A stretch of 64,000 bases of DNA from Dehalococcoidia bacterium. GTDB taxonomy: Bacteria; Chloroflexota; Dehalococcoidia; UBA2979. Under the pieces are notes generated by a model. That model made no database searches. It worked only from the letters and a program-made list of their open reading frames with translations, and was not told the origin of the DNA. The DNA lies in contig JAIBBD010000003.1 in NCBI GenBank assembly GCA_019694855.1, positions 33,264 through 97,263 of the forward strand, read 5' to 3'. Shown here piece after piece: positions 1-9,304 of the stretch (position 1 is its first letter; every line of letters starts with the position of its first letter). The position numbers were made by a program, and so were the translations under genes.

Positions 1-636
1 GTGCAGCGGGATCGTCTGGCTGCCCCCGGCGACGATCGCCTTCAGCTTCTTCGAGCCCATGACCGCGCCGAGGCCCGAACGCGCGGCGGAACGCCCGATG
101 TCGTTCATAACGCCAGCCGTCAGGGACATCGTCTCGCCGGCGCGTCCGATCCAGGCGACCTCGAACTTCTTGCCGTAGCGCTCGCGAAGGACGCGCTCCG
201 GGTGGAGGTCGTCGCCCTGGTTCCAGATGTCGGCGGCGTCGTGCAGCGAAGCGACTCCGTTATCGATGAGGAGGTACACCGGGCGCTCCGAGATCCCTGT
301 GACGAAGACGCCGTCGTAGCCGGCGAACTTCAGCGACGGCCCGAAGGTGCCGCCGCAGTTGGCGTCACCCCAGGTGTTCGTCTTCGGCGACTTGCCAATC
401 GCCGTGAACCGGTTGCCGGTGACCGCGGACGTGCCCGTGAGCGGGCCCGTCACGATGCCAAACACGTTGTCCGGACCGAGCGGATCGGCGTTTGCGGGCA
501 TCCGGTCGTACAGCAGCCGGGCCGCCACCCCGTACCCGCCGACGTACTGCTCGTACATCTCGTCGGGCAGGCGCTCCTCGCGGATGTCACCGCTGGTGAG
601 GTCTACCCACAGGATCTTGCCCATGACGCCGAGCAT
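1..636 (-). CDS. Tungsten-containing aldehyde:ferredoxin oxidoreductase (AOR family) N-terminal part; gene runs off the left edge of the window
   Basis: Reverse-complement translation of 1-636 reads MLGVMGKILWVDLTSGDIREERLPDEMYEQYVGGYGVAARLLYD...GSKKLKAIVAGG, the characteristic AOR N-terminal domain (compare the second AOR at 7380-9270). No stop occurs in the window, so it is absent from the ORF track. The start was chosen at ATG 636 (alternative ATG 624). Confidence 0.7.
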   Translation of the reverse strand, partial: MLGVMGKILWVDLTSGDIREERLPDEMYEQYVGGYGVAARLLYDRMPANADPLGPDNVFGIVTGPLTGTSAVTGNRFTAIGKSPKTNTWGDANCGGTFGPSLKFAGYDGVFVTGISERPVYLLIDNGVASLHDAADIWNQGDDLHPERVLRERYGKKFEVAWIGRAGETMSLTAGVMNDIGRSAARSGLGAVMGSKKLKAIVAGGSQTIPLH

Positions 637-709
637 CTCGTCCTCCTCGTAACGTGCGTTTCACGCTCAAGGGTAGCGAGGCGTATCGAGGAGCGGAACA
701 AAGCGATCG

Positions 710-1741
710 TTATCGAGTCGTGTCGGGCAGCCAGTGCAGCCGCTCGATATCGACCGCGAGCGCCAGCATCGCCCCCGGCCGCAGTTCCCGCCCCGCGATG
801 TGGGCGGCGCCGACCTCGAAGGTCGCGGGGCCGCCGAGGTCGCACACAAGCTGGACGCGGCCTCCCGCGCCCCGGATCGAAAGCAGCGGCACGCGTGACG
901 CGCCCGGCTCGACGTCATCCGCGAGGCGGACGGCGCCCGGCGGCAGGTGCGCGAGGACGCCTCGAGCCTCGACCCTGGGGGCGAGGCAACGCACTTGCTC
1001 CGGCGTGAGCAGCGCGTGCCCGAGGAGACTCGCGACCTCTGCGGACCGCGGGTACTCGAGCACCTGGCGCGTCGGGCCATCCTGGACGAGACGACCTCCG
1101 ACGAGGACCGCGAGGCGGTCCGCCAGGAGCTCCGCCTCACCGCGGTCGTGCGTGGCGATGAGCGCCGTCACCGCCGAGGCGGCGAGCAGTTCACGCAGGT
1201 CGCCGACGAGCCGCGCCCGCGTCTCGAAGTCGAGCGATGCAAACGGCTCATCGAGGAATAGCAGCTCCGGGTCCACGGCGAAGGCCCGCGCGAGCGCGAT
1301 GCGTTGTGCCTCGCCGGCGGAGAGTGTGTGCGGCCGCGCGCCCGCGAGGTGGGCGACCCCCAGCCGCTCCAGCCAGCGCTCCGCCCTACGCCGGCGCTCG
1401 CTGCCAGACACGCCATGGATGCCCAGCGCGACTTCGACGTTCCCCCGCGCGGACATGTCGAGGAGCGTCGGGTCGGTGAAGACGCTGGCGGTGCGGCGGC
1501 GCAGGCGAGCGCGCTCGCCGCGTCCTCGTGGTCGCGCACCAAACAGCTGGACGCTGCCGGCCGCCGGCTCGATCAGCAGCGCGGCCGTCCGCAGCAGCGT
1601 GGACTTGCCCGACCCGTTCGGCCCGAGGAGCGCGACGGCCTCTCCCGCCGTTGCCACGAACTCCTCGACGACGAGGATGTCCCGCTTCCCGAGATGCACG
1701 CGCAGGCCATCGAGGCGGACAACCTCGGCCGGCGCCGTCAT
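710..1741 (-). CDS. tupC: Tungstate/molybdate ABC transporter ATP-binding protein with C-terminal TOBE-like domain
   Basis: Walker A GPNGSGKST, ABC signature LSAGEAQR, Walker B LLFLDEP. The start overlaps the tupB stop by 4 nt, and the gene sits in an operon with a permease and a TTTS-motif binding protein. Confidence 0.85.
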   Translation of the reverse strand: MTAPAEVVRLDGLRVHLGKRDILVVEEFVATAGEAVALLGPNGSGKSTLLRTAALLIEPAAGSVQLFGARPRGRGERARLRRRTASVFTDPTLLDMSARGNVEVALGIHGVSGSERRRRAERWLERLGVAHLAGARPHTLSAGEAQRIALARAFAVDPELLFLDEPFASLDFETRARLVGDLRELLAASAVTALIATHDRGEAELLADRLAVLVGGRLVQDGPTRQVLEYPRSAEVASLLGHALLTPEQVRCLAPRVEARGVLAHLPPGAVRLADDVEPGASRVPLLSIRGAGGRVQLVCDLGGPATFEVGAAHIAGRELRPGAMLALAVDIERLHWLPDTTR

Positions 1742-2436
1742 GCGCGCCGCATACGGTGCAGCGCCGCCGCCAGGACGACGGCGATCGCGAAGACGATGGC
1801 GAGCAGGATGAGCCCGAGTGCGAGCGCCGTCCCGAAGTTGCCCTTGCTCATCTCGAGTACGGAGGCCGTCGTGAGCACGCGCGTCTCGCCCGCCAGGTTG
1901 CCGCCGACCACGGTCGAAGCTCCTACCTCGGACACGACCGCGCCAAAGCCAGCCATCGTCGCCACGAGGAGCGGCAGGCGCGCCTCGCGAGCCACGAGCC
2001 AGAGGTAGCGCGCATCGCCGGCGCCCATGGCCCGGATCTGGAGGCGTAACGCGGGCGGCAGGGCCATCACGCCCGTGCTCGTCACGGCCACGATGACGGG
2101 TGTGGCGATCAACGACTGCGCGATCACCATCGCGCCGGGCGTGTAGATGAGCCCGAGTTGCCCCAGCGGGCCCGACCGCCAGAGCAGGATCGCGACCACG
2201 AGGCCGGCGACGACGGGCGGCATCCCCATCCCCGCATACGAGAACGCGACGAGGATCCGCTGCCCCGGGAACCGCCCGAGCGCGAGCAACAGTCCGATCG
2301 GCACCCCGATCAGCATTGAGATCAGAGTCGAGCTGCCGGTGATCGTGAGCGTCCGCCAGGCGATCCCGTAGACGTCGCCGTCACCGGTCCGAAGGAGCCG
2401 CCACGCCTCGCTGAACGCGTCGAAGATCAGGTCCAC
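1738..2436 (-). CDS. tupB: ABC transporter permease (tungstate/molybdate-type)
   Basis: 232-aa polytopic membrane protein with a BPD-transporter-like core, lying between the binding protein and the ATPase. Confidence 0.85.
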   Translation of the reverse strand: MDLIFDAFSEAWRLLRTGDGDVYGIAWRTLTITGSSTLISMLIGVPIGLLLALGRFPGQRILVAFSYAGMGMPPVVAGLVVAILLWRSGPLGQLGLIYTPGAMVIAQSLIATPVIVAVTSTGVMALPPALRLQIRAMGAGDARYLWLVAREARLPLLVATMAGFGAVVSEVGASTVVGGNLAGETRVLTTASVLEMSKGNFGTALALGLILLAIVFAIAVVLAAALHRMRRA

Positions 2437-2438
2437 GG

Positions 2439-3362
2439 TCAGTCAGGGTAGGGGATGAACAGCGAGACGCCGAACTTGTCCTTCCCGAACTCCCCGATCG
2501 TCTTCTGCGTGCTGCTCGCGAGGAGAAAGTCGCTGAAGCGACGGGCGGCCTTCACATGCAGCCCGTCGTGCTTCGCGGGGTTCACGACGATCACGTGGTA
2601 GACGTTGAAGAGCTTCGCGTCGCCTTCCACGAGGAGTGGCAACCGCTTCGGGTCGGCGGTCGCCAGCCACGTCGCGCGGTCGGTCAGCGTGTAGCCCTTG
2701 CGCTCCGCGGTGATCGTGAGCGTCGCCTCCATGCCCTGGCCGGTCTCGGTGTACCAGGACGCGCCCGTCGGCACCTTGAGGCCGGCCGCCGCCCACAGGT
2801 CCTTCTCGGCCGCATTCGTGCCGGAGTTGTCTCCCCGGCTGATGAACGAGGACTCAGTCCGTGCAATCGCGGCCATCGCCGCGGCGGCGTCCTTGCCCCC
2901 CTTGATGCCTGCCTTGTCCTCCGGCGTCCCGACGATGATGAAGTCGTTGTACATGACGCGTTTGCGCGACTCGCCGTTTCCGGCGGCCATGAACGTCTCT
3001 TCCGCCTTCGGCGAGTGCACGAGGAGGACGTCGGCGTCCCCGCGCTCCCCCATCTGCATCGCCGCGCCCGAGCCCACGGCGATCACCTTCACGTGGTCGC
3101 CCGTCGCGCGCTCGTACAGCGGGATCAACACGCCCAGGAGACCGGAATTGTCGGTGCTGGTGGTCGTCGCGAGGATCAGTTCCTCGCCGCCGGCCGGCGG
3201 CGTGGGGGACGCGGTGGCCGCCGCCGTCGCCGGCGCGGTACCTTGCTCCTCGGCGGCGGAGTCGTCGTCGCCGCAGGCTCCGAGGAGCAGGACCGCCAGC
3301 AGAGCGGCGGCGAGCAGACTGATGATGGACGAACGTCGCACGAGTTCCCCCTCCGAGCGCAT
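2439..3362 (-). CDS. tupA: Tungstate ABC transporter substrate-binding lipoprotein
   Basis: Lipoprotein signal LLLGAC followed by the anion-binding PBP fold. It contains the TTTS motif (ILATTTSTDNSGLL) regarded as diagnostic for TupA-type tungstate binders. The start was chosen at the MRSEGELV ATG (3362); the longer track ORF starts upstream. Confidence 0.8.
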   Translation of the reverse strand: MRSEGELVRRSSIISLLAAALLAVLLLGACGDDDSAAEEQGTAPATAAATASPTPPAGGEELILATTTSTDNSGLLGVLIPLYERATGDHVKVIAVGSGAAMQMGERGDADVLLVHSPKAEETFMAAGNGESRKRVMYNDFIIVGTPEDKAGIKGGKDAAAAMAAIARTESSFISRGDNSGTNAAEKDLWAAAGLKVPTGASWYTETGQGMEATLTITAERKGYTLTDRATWLATADPKRLPLLVEGDAKLFNVYHVIVVNPAKHDGLHVKAARRFSDFLLASSTQKTIGEFGKDKFGVSLFIPYPD

Positions 3363-3438
3363 TGCACGACGGGGCGACACGCTACCAGAGCCGGCGCCCA
3401 CGCGACAGGGGCGGCCTGGTCTGCGCATTTGTACGAAG

Positions 3439-3816
3439 GTGTGGGTGGAGCGCGACGACGGCATCGTCCTGATGAGCGAGTTCCGCGCCGACCTCCTCGA
3501 AGGCGTGGCGGCCGAGGGATCCGTGGCCGCGGCTGCGAGGACGCTCGGCCTCCCGAACCGCACCGCGTGGAAGAAGCTCGAAGAGATGGAACGGGCCGCC
3601 GGTGTGTCGCTCATCGATACGTCTTCCGGCGGAGCCCACGGCGGTGGCACGACGCTCACCGAGGCGGGCCGCGCGCTTGTGGAGGCCTACCGCCGGATCA
3701 GCGACCCGGTCTCGGCCGAGGTACAGGAACGCTTCGAAGCCGAGCGCGCGCTGTTCGAGCGGGAGACGGCGCCCTCCCCGCATCGGACGCCGGATCGCGC
3801 CGACGCGTCATCGTAA
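3439..3816 (+). CDS. ModE-like N-terminal winged-HTH molybdate/tungstate-responsive regulator (no TOBE domains)
   Basis: GSVAAAARTLGLPNRTAWKKLEEMERAAGVSLIDTSSGG matches the ModE N-terminal HTH region. The gene is divergent from tupA with a roughly 77-bp shared intergenic region. The start is uncertain (GTG 3439 or ATG 3472). Confidence 0.55.
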   Translation: MWVERDDGIVLMSEFRADLLEGVAAEGSVAAAARTLGLPNRTAWKKLEEMERAAGVSLIDTSSGGAHGGGTTLTEAGRALVEAYRRISDPVSAEVQERFEAERALFERETAPSPHRTPDRADASS

Positions 3817-3855
3817 GATCGGCTGCGTGCCGCACTCACCAGAGGCCCAGCGACG

Positions 3856-5139
3856 ATGAACGCTCACCTGCGTGACGTGCGCATGCGTGGTTTCGCCGAG
3901 CGCTCCGACGTCGAGGACGTGGAGCGATTCCTCCGCGCGCACACGGCGCCGCTCCCGGCGGAGGCCGTCGCGCTGCTCGATTGCGTCGGTCGCGTGCTCG
4001 CCGAGGACGTCGTTTCGACGGTCAATGTGCCGGGCTTCGTGCGCGCCGCGATGGACGGCTACGCCGTCCGCGGCGAGGACACGTTCGGCGCCAGCGCATA
4101 CGACACGATCGCGCTGCGCGTCCTCGGCCAATCGCTGCCCGGCAACCCGTTCCGAGGTCAGGTCGACGCTGGCGGAGCGGTACGCATCATGACCGGCGCA
4201 CCCCTGCCCGACGGTGCGGACGCGGTGATCATGGCCGAGGTCTGCCGCGAAGCCGGGGGCCTGGTCGAGGTCAGCGAGGCCGTGGCGCCTCGCCGCAACG
4301 TCGACGAGGTCGGCGAGGATGTTGCCCGCGGCCAGTTGCTGCTGCGTACCGGGCGGCGACTTCGCCCCCAGGACGCCGGCCTGCTTGCTTCGATCGGCCG
4401 GGGAGTTCTGACGTGCGTAGCGCGGCCGCGCGTGCAGCTGCTGATCACTGGAAACGAGTTGCTGCCTCCCGGAGCCGCGCCCGAGGGCCCGCACATCGTC
4501 GACAGCAACTCGGTCGTGCTGAGTGCGCTCGTCGCGCGTGATTCTGGGCACTTGCTCCCGGTATGCCGCCTCGCGGACGACCGCGAACGGATCCGGGCCG
4601 CGCTCGCCTCGTCCGAGGCAGACGTCATCCTCGTGTCCGGTGGCAGCTCCGTGGGCATGGAGGACTTCGCGCCGTCGCTGGTCGCGGAGCTCGGCACGCT
4701 CGACGTGCATGGCATCTCGATGCGGCCGTCGAGCCCGACCGGAATCGGCCGGCTCCCCGGCGACGGTGGGCGCGAGCGCCTCGTGTTCCTGCTCCCCGGC
4801 AACCCGGTGAGCTGCATGTGCGCCTACGAGTTTTTCGCCGGCCCCGCGATTCGTGCGCTCGGCGGCCGGCCCTGGAGCTGGCCGCACGCGCGCGTACGCC
4901 TGCCCCTCGCCCGCAAGATCGTCTCGCAGGTAGGCCGCACCGACTACGTTCGCGTGGCGATCGAGGGGGGTCGAGCCGTGCCGCTGGCGACCTCGGGCGC
5001 TTCGATCCTCTCGTCGACCGTCCGTGCGGACGGGGCGGTGATCGTGGAGCGCGGCCTCGAAGGGATGCCGGAGGGGGCGGAGGTCGAGGTGCTGCTGTAC
5101 GACGAGCCGGGCGAAACGCCCGCGTCCCGGGAACGCTGA
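3856..5139 (+). CDS. moeA: Molybdopterin molybdenum/tungsten-transferase MoeA
   Basis: 427-aa protein with full MoeA N, central and C-terminal domain signatures (PGFVRAAMDGYAV, GGSSVGMEDF). Confidence 0.9.
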   Translation: MNAHLRDVRMRGFAERSDVEDVERFLRAHTAPLPAEAVALLDCVGRVLAEDVVSTVNVPGFVRAAMDGYAVRGEDTFGASAYDTIALRVLGQSLPGNPFRGQVDAGGAVRIMTGAPLPDGADAVIMAEVCREAGGLVEVSEAVAPRRNVDEVGEDVARGQLLLRTGRRLRPQDAGLLASIGRGVLTCVARPRVQLLITGNELLPPGAAPEGPHIVDSNSVVLSALVARDSGHLLPVCRLADDRERIRAALASSEADVILVSGGSSVGMEDFAPSLVAELGTLDVHGISMRPSSPTGIGRLPGDGGRERLVFLLPGNPVSCMCAYEFFAGPAIRALGGRPWSWPHARVRLPLARKIVSQVGRTDYVRVAIEGGRAVPLATSGASILSSTVRADGAVIVERGLEGMPEGAEVEVLLYDEPGETPASRER

Positions 5140-7049
5140 TGGTGCAGCAGCAGTTCCTCGAGGTGCTCGACCGCGACGAGGCAGAAGCACGCTGGCACGC
5201 GGTGATCGCGCCCGCGGCCCTCGAACCCGAAGTCGTGCCGCTCGCGGACGCGCTCGGGCGTGTGCTCGCCGAAGACGTGCGCGCCGAGGTGGACGTGCCC
5301 GGGTTCGACCGCTCAAACATGGACGGCTTCGCGGTCCGCGCGCTCGATACGTATGGGGCGATGGAGGAGAAGCCCGTCCGCCTGCGCCTGAACGCCGAGG
5401 TGCTGCCCACCGGCGTCATCCCGGCCGTCGAGGTGGTCGACGGCTCTGCGACGACCATCGCCACCGGCGGCATGTTGCCTCGCGGCGCGGACGCGGTCGT
5501 CCCGGTTGAGCAGACCGACATCGAGGACGGCGGCGCGACGGTCGTCGCGCGCCGCCCGGTCGTGCCCGGGGAGAACATCTCCTTCGCCGGCACGGACATC
5601 GGCGCGGGCGAGACAGTGCTCTTCGCCGGGACGCGCCTCACCTCGAGGGACACGGGCGTCCTCGCCGCGATCGGGGCCGCCGAGGTGGCCGTCGTACGCC
5701 GGCCGCGCGTCGCCGTCATCTCCACCGGCGACGAGGTCGCGCAGCCCGGCGCCCCGATGCGCCCCGGCCTCGTGTTCGACAGCAACGGCCGGATCATCGC
5801 CGACGCCGTACGTGAGCTCGGCGGCGATCCCTGGTTCCTCGGGAGCTACCCGGACGACGAGGACGCCATCCGCGGCGCCGTCGAACGCGCCCTGGCCGAC
5901 GCCGACATGGTGCTGCTCTCAGGCGGGACCTCGAAGGGTGAGGGGGACCTCAACAGCCGCGTCGTCGGTGCGCTGACGCCCGGCATCGTCGTGCACGGGG
6001 TCGCGCTCAAGCCGGGCAAGCCGATCTGCCTCGCGGCGCAAGGCACGACGCCGGTCGTCGTGCTGCCCGGCTTCCCGACCTCGGCGGTGTTTACGTTCCA
6101 CGAGTTCGTCGCGCCCGTCATCCGGCGCATGGCGGGCGAAGGCGAGGCGCACCGCGAGTCGGTCCGCGCCCGTCTGGCGGTGAAGACCAACTCCGAGCGC
6201 GGACGGCTCGAGTACCTCCTCGTGGGCCTCGTCGAGGTGCCCGACGGCGAGCTGGCGGCGTACCCGATGGGGAAGGGCAGCGGCTCGGTCACCTCGTTCA
6301 GCCGCGCGGATGGGTTCATCCGCATCGAACGCAACGTGGAGCTACTCGATGAGGACACCGAGGTCGAGGTCCACTTGATCGGCCGTCAGCTCCCACTGGC
6401 GGACCTCGTCGTGATCGGGAGCCACTGCGTCGGGCTCGACCTCATCGCCAGCGAACTCTCACGCGAGGGCCTGCGCGTGAAGGTGCTCGCCGTGGGCAGC
6501 CAGGGTGGCCTCGCCGCCGCCCGCCGCGGCGAGTGCGACGCCGCTCCCATCCACCTGCTCGACCCGGCTACGGACACGTACAACGAGCCGTTCCTCGACC
6601 CGTCGCTGCGGCTACTCCCCGGCTACCGGCGGATGCAGGGCGTCGTCACGCGCTCCGGCGACGAGCGCGAGGTGACGGCCCTCCTCGACGACCCCGAGGT
6701 ACGCATGGTGAACCGCAATCGCGGCAGCGGGACGCGCATCCTCATCGACCAGCTCCTCGAAGGCCGACGACCTCCCGGGTACGCATACGAGCCACGCTCG
6801 CACTTCGCGGTCGCGGCGGCGGTAGCCCAGGGCCGCGCCGATTGGGGCGTGACAATCGAGACCGTCGCGCGCCAGGCGGGGCTCCGGTTCATCCCGTTGC
6901 GTCCAGAGCACTACGACCTCGCGGTGCCGGCCGGCCGCTGGGATCGGCCCGCCGTGCAGGCCTTGCGGCGCGTGCTCGATCGCCCATCGCTGCGCGCCCG
7001 CCTCGAGGCGATCGGCTTCGCCTCGCCGGACCCGCCCGAGGCGAGCTAA
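5139..7049 (+). CDS. Second MoeA paralog fused to a C-terminal PBP-like (molybdate/tungstate-binding-like) domain
   Basis: Starts at the ATG overlapping the moeA stop (TGATG). The N-terminal roughly 400 aa are MoeA-like (PGFDRSNMDGFAV...SGGTSKGEGD). The C-terminal roughly 230 aa resemble the PBP_like domain found fused to MoeA in archaea and some bacteria. Confidence 0.85.
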   Translation: MVQQQFLEVLDRDEAEARWHAVIAPAALEPEVVPLADALGRVLAEDVRAEVDVPGFDRSNMDGFAVRALDTYGAMEEKPVRLRLNAEVLPTGVIPAVEVVDGSATTIATGGMLPRGADAVVPVEQTDIEDGGATVVARRPVVPGENISFAGTDIGAGETVLFAGTRLTSRDTGVLAAIGAAEVAVVRRPRVAVISTGDEVAQPGAPMRPGLVFDSNGRIIADAVRELGGDPWFLGSYPDDEDAIRGAVERALADADMVLLSGGTSKGEGDLNSRVVGALTPGIVVHGVALKPGKPICLAAQGTTPVVVLPGFPTSAVFTFHEFVAPVIRRMAGEGEAHRESVRARLAVKTNSERGRLEYLLVGLVEVPDGELAAYPMGKGSGSVTSFSRADGFIRIERNVELLDEDTEVEVHLIGRQLPLADLVVIGSHCVGLDLIASELSREGLRVKVLAVGSQGGLAAARRGECDAAPIHLLDPATDTYNEPFLDPSLRLLPGYRRMQGVVTRSGDEREVTALLDDPEVRMVNRNRGSGTRILIDQLLEGRRPPGYAYEPRSHFAVAAAVAQGRADWGVTIETVARQAGLRFIPLRPEHYDLAVPAGRWDRPAVQALRRVLDRPSLRARLEAIGFASPDPPEAS

Positions 7050-7372
7050 CCGCCCGAGAACTGACCAAGCAGCGAGACCGTGTCCCCGGGCGCGAGGCGC
7101 GACCGGAGCGTGTGTGTGTCGCCGATCATCTTGTGGTTGACCAGCACGTGCAGGTTCTCGGTGATCGCGCCGTCGCGCTCCCAGAGCTGGGCGTGCAGCG
7201 CGGGGTGATGCTGACTGAAGCGGCGCAGCAGCGACTCCACGGAGTCGTCCGGCTCGAGGGCCTCACGAAACGCCACGCTGCCCGAGCCCGACCCTCCGAC
7301 CAGCCGGTTCACCCACGTCAGTACCTCGACGGTCACCTCGGAGCCGTCGAGGCGTGACTCGGCATCGCTCAT
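7046..7372 (-). CDS. MoaD/ThiS-like small sulfur-carrier-type protein ending in Gly-Gly
   Basis: 108-aa protein ending in ...LLGQFSGG, a beta-grasp-like length. It lies immediately downstream of the AOR gene, analogous to the MoaD-like AorE of the Aromatoleum aor operon. Confidence 0.7.
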   Translation of the reverse strand: MSDAESRLDGSEVTVEVLTWVNRLVGGSGSGSVAFREALEPDDSVESLLRRFSQHHPALHAQLWERDGAITENLHVLVNHKMIGDTHTLRSRLAPGDTVSLLGQFSGG

Positions 7373-7379
7373 GCGCGCC

Positions 7380-9270
7380 TCAGCCCCAGAGTTCCGCCTT
7401 CACCTCGGGCAGCGCGAGCCGGTCCAGGAGTTCGGGAAGGGGCCGACCGCTCTCGCGGTCGTACTCCACGAGCTCGTACCACGTGTCGAGCATGTGGTCC
7501 CAGTGCGGGGCGGTCGAGACGCCGGCGGCCGGACCGTCGACCGGCGTCGAGCCGTAACGTGCCGAGGGTCGCTCAAGTTCGGGGCCGATGCCGGAGCGAA
7601 GGTTGAAGGCACGCATGAGTGCCGCCGTCCGCCGTCCGAGGTACATCGCGTCGTCCTTGGTGTAGTTCCAGCCCGTCACGGCGCTCACCGCCTCGGCGAT
7701 CGCCGCGATCGTCGTGCTGGTCGTGAAGAAGCACGTCCCGATCGAGTCCTCGAAGTGCCGCCGCCCGAGGGTGAGCGCCACCTGCCGCGGCACGTCGTCC
7801 GGGCTCTGCACCTGCAGCGTCGCGGGCAGTCCGAGCTCCTGCGGGCGCGTCGGGCCCCCGCTCTCCAACGTCCCCGTGCTCGAGACGCACGTGTCGAGCA
7901 TCTCCGGCCACAACGCACGATGGTCGTGCCCGCGCGGGCTCGACCCCTTCATCGTGTACACGGCGCAGTCTTGTGCCGGCCCGCCGAGGTGTTCGGCGGC
8001 GCGCTTGATGCCCTCCGCCAGGACGTCCCCGAAGCCCTGCCGCGTGCAGAGCATCTGCAGCAGCTCGTACGCCGCATCAGCGTCGCCCCAGACGGCCTGG
8101 ATGCCGCCGAGGTCCTGCCTCGTCAGGTACTCCTTCTCGTAGCACTCCATGACCCAGCCGATGACCCAGCCGAATTCGTTCACGTCGACGCCGGCACGGT
8201 CGCACTGGGTGTTCATCCAGGACACCTTGGTGCGGTCGGTGCACCCCCATGCCCAGCCGGCGCCTACCCAGCCCTCGTACTCGGGCTCATCGACCACGTC
8301 ACCGGCATGGACGCCGTCGCGGATCACCTGCATGTGGCAGTGATGCATGCCGCAGGCGTTGCACTGGTGGCCGCGGTGGTCGAAGCCCTCGCGCAGCTCC
8401 ATCGGCTCCCACTTCGACATGTCCGCCTCGGCGGGCAGGATGTTCGTCGTGAGGTTCTTGATCGGCAGGCCGCCCACAGGCGCGAGGCCCGTCACGCCCC
8501 CGAGCGTGCCGATGAGGTAGAAGTTCTGCCCCGGCAGCTCAGTGCGCATCTGGTACGCGATGTCGTCGGCCGTGCGGAACACGCCTCGAGGGTCGGCCAC
8601 GTAGATGCCGCGGTTGCCACGCACGATGGCGACCGCCTTCACGCGCTTCGAGCCCATCACGGCCCCGCAGCCGTTCTTGCTCGCGACGTGGCCGTAGTCG
8701 CCCTGGATCCCCGCGAAGCGGATCAGGTTCTCGCCGGACGGGCCGATGCTGTAGACGGAGAGCTGGTGACCGCTGAGGCCGAGCTCCTCGTACAGGTGGT
8801 CCTGCGTCTCCCACGTGTCGAGGCCGAGGAGATGCGAGGCGTCGCGCAGCTCGGCGGTGCCGTTGTGGATGTACAGGTAGACCCACTGGTCGGAGCGGCC
8901 CTGGAAGACGATGCCGTCGAAGCCCGACGACTTGATGTTCGCCCCGAAGAAGCCGTTCGCCTGCGTGCTGGTCGCGCCGCCGGTAATCGCGCCCTTCGTG
9001 ACGACGCTCAGGCCGCCTGAGCCCCACGTCGGCGTGCCCGCGAGCGGGCCGGTCGCGAGGATGAGACGGTTCTCGGGGTCGTTCCACTGCACATCCGCTC
9101 CGACCTCGTCGTAGAGGATGCGGGCGCCCATGCCGGTGCCACCGACGTAGCTGCGGGCGAACTCGTCGTCGATGGGCTGTTCCCACAGGCGGCCGGTCGT
9201 GAGGTCGACGCGCAGCAGTGCGCCCGCGTACCCGGCCGGCTGATTCCGCTTCTTCTCTGTGACGAGCATT
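7380..9270 (-). CDS. Tungsten-containing aldehyde oxidoreductase, AOR family (AorB-like catalytic subunit)
   Basis: About 630 aa from ATG 9270 (MLVTEKKRNQ...). N-terminal AOR domain (LLRVDLTTG..., GSKRVKAVAIVRG), a Cys-rich FeS/pterin region and the C-terminal AOR domains. The track ORF extends 120 aa further upstream as an Arg-rich artefact. Confidence 0.9.
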
Positions 9271-9304
9271 TGATGTGCCTTTCGCTCGCTGCGCCGTGGG
9301 CGCG

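Noticed and set aside
1-1008. 335-aa plus-strand ORF starting at position 1
   Set aside because: Arg/Ala-rich product with no domain. It is exactly antisense to the AOR N-terminal domain and tupC, whose translations are clearly homologous to known families, so it is a GC-rich antisense shadow.
3808-5316. 502-aa minus-strand ORF
   Set aside because: Antisense to the two MoeA genes, which have strong family signatures. Product is low-complexity Arg/Ala-rich.
7371-9020. 549-aa plus-strand ORF
   Set aside because: Antisense shadow of the AOR catalytic subunit gene.
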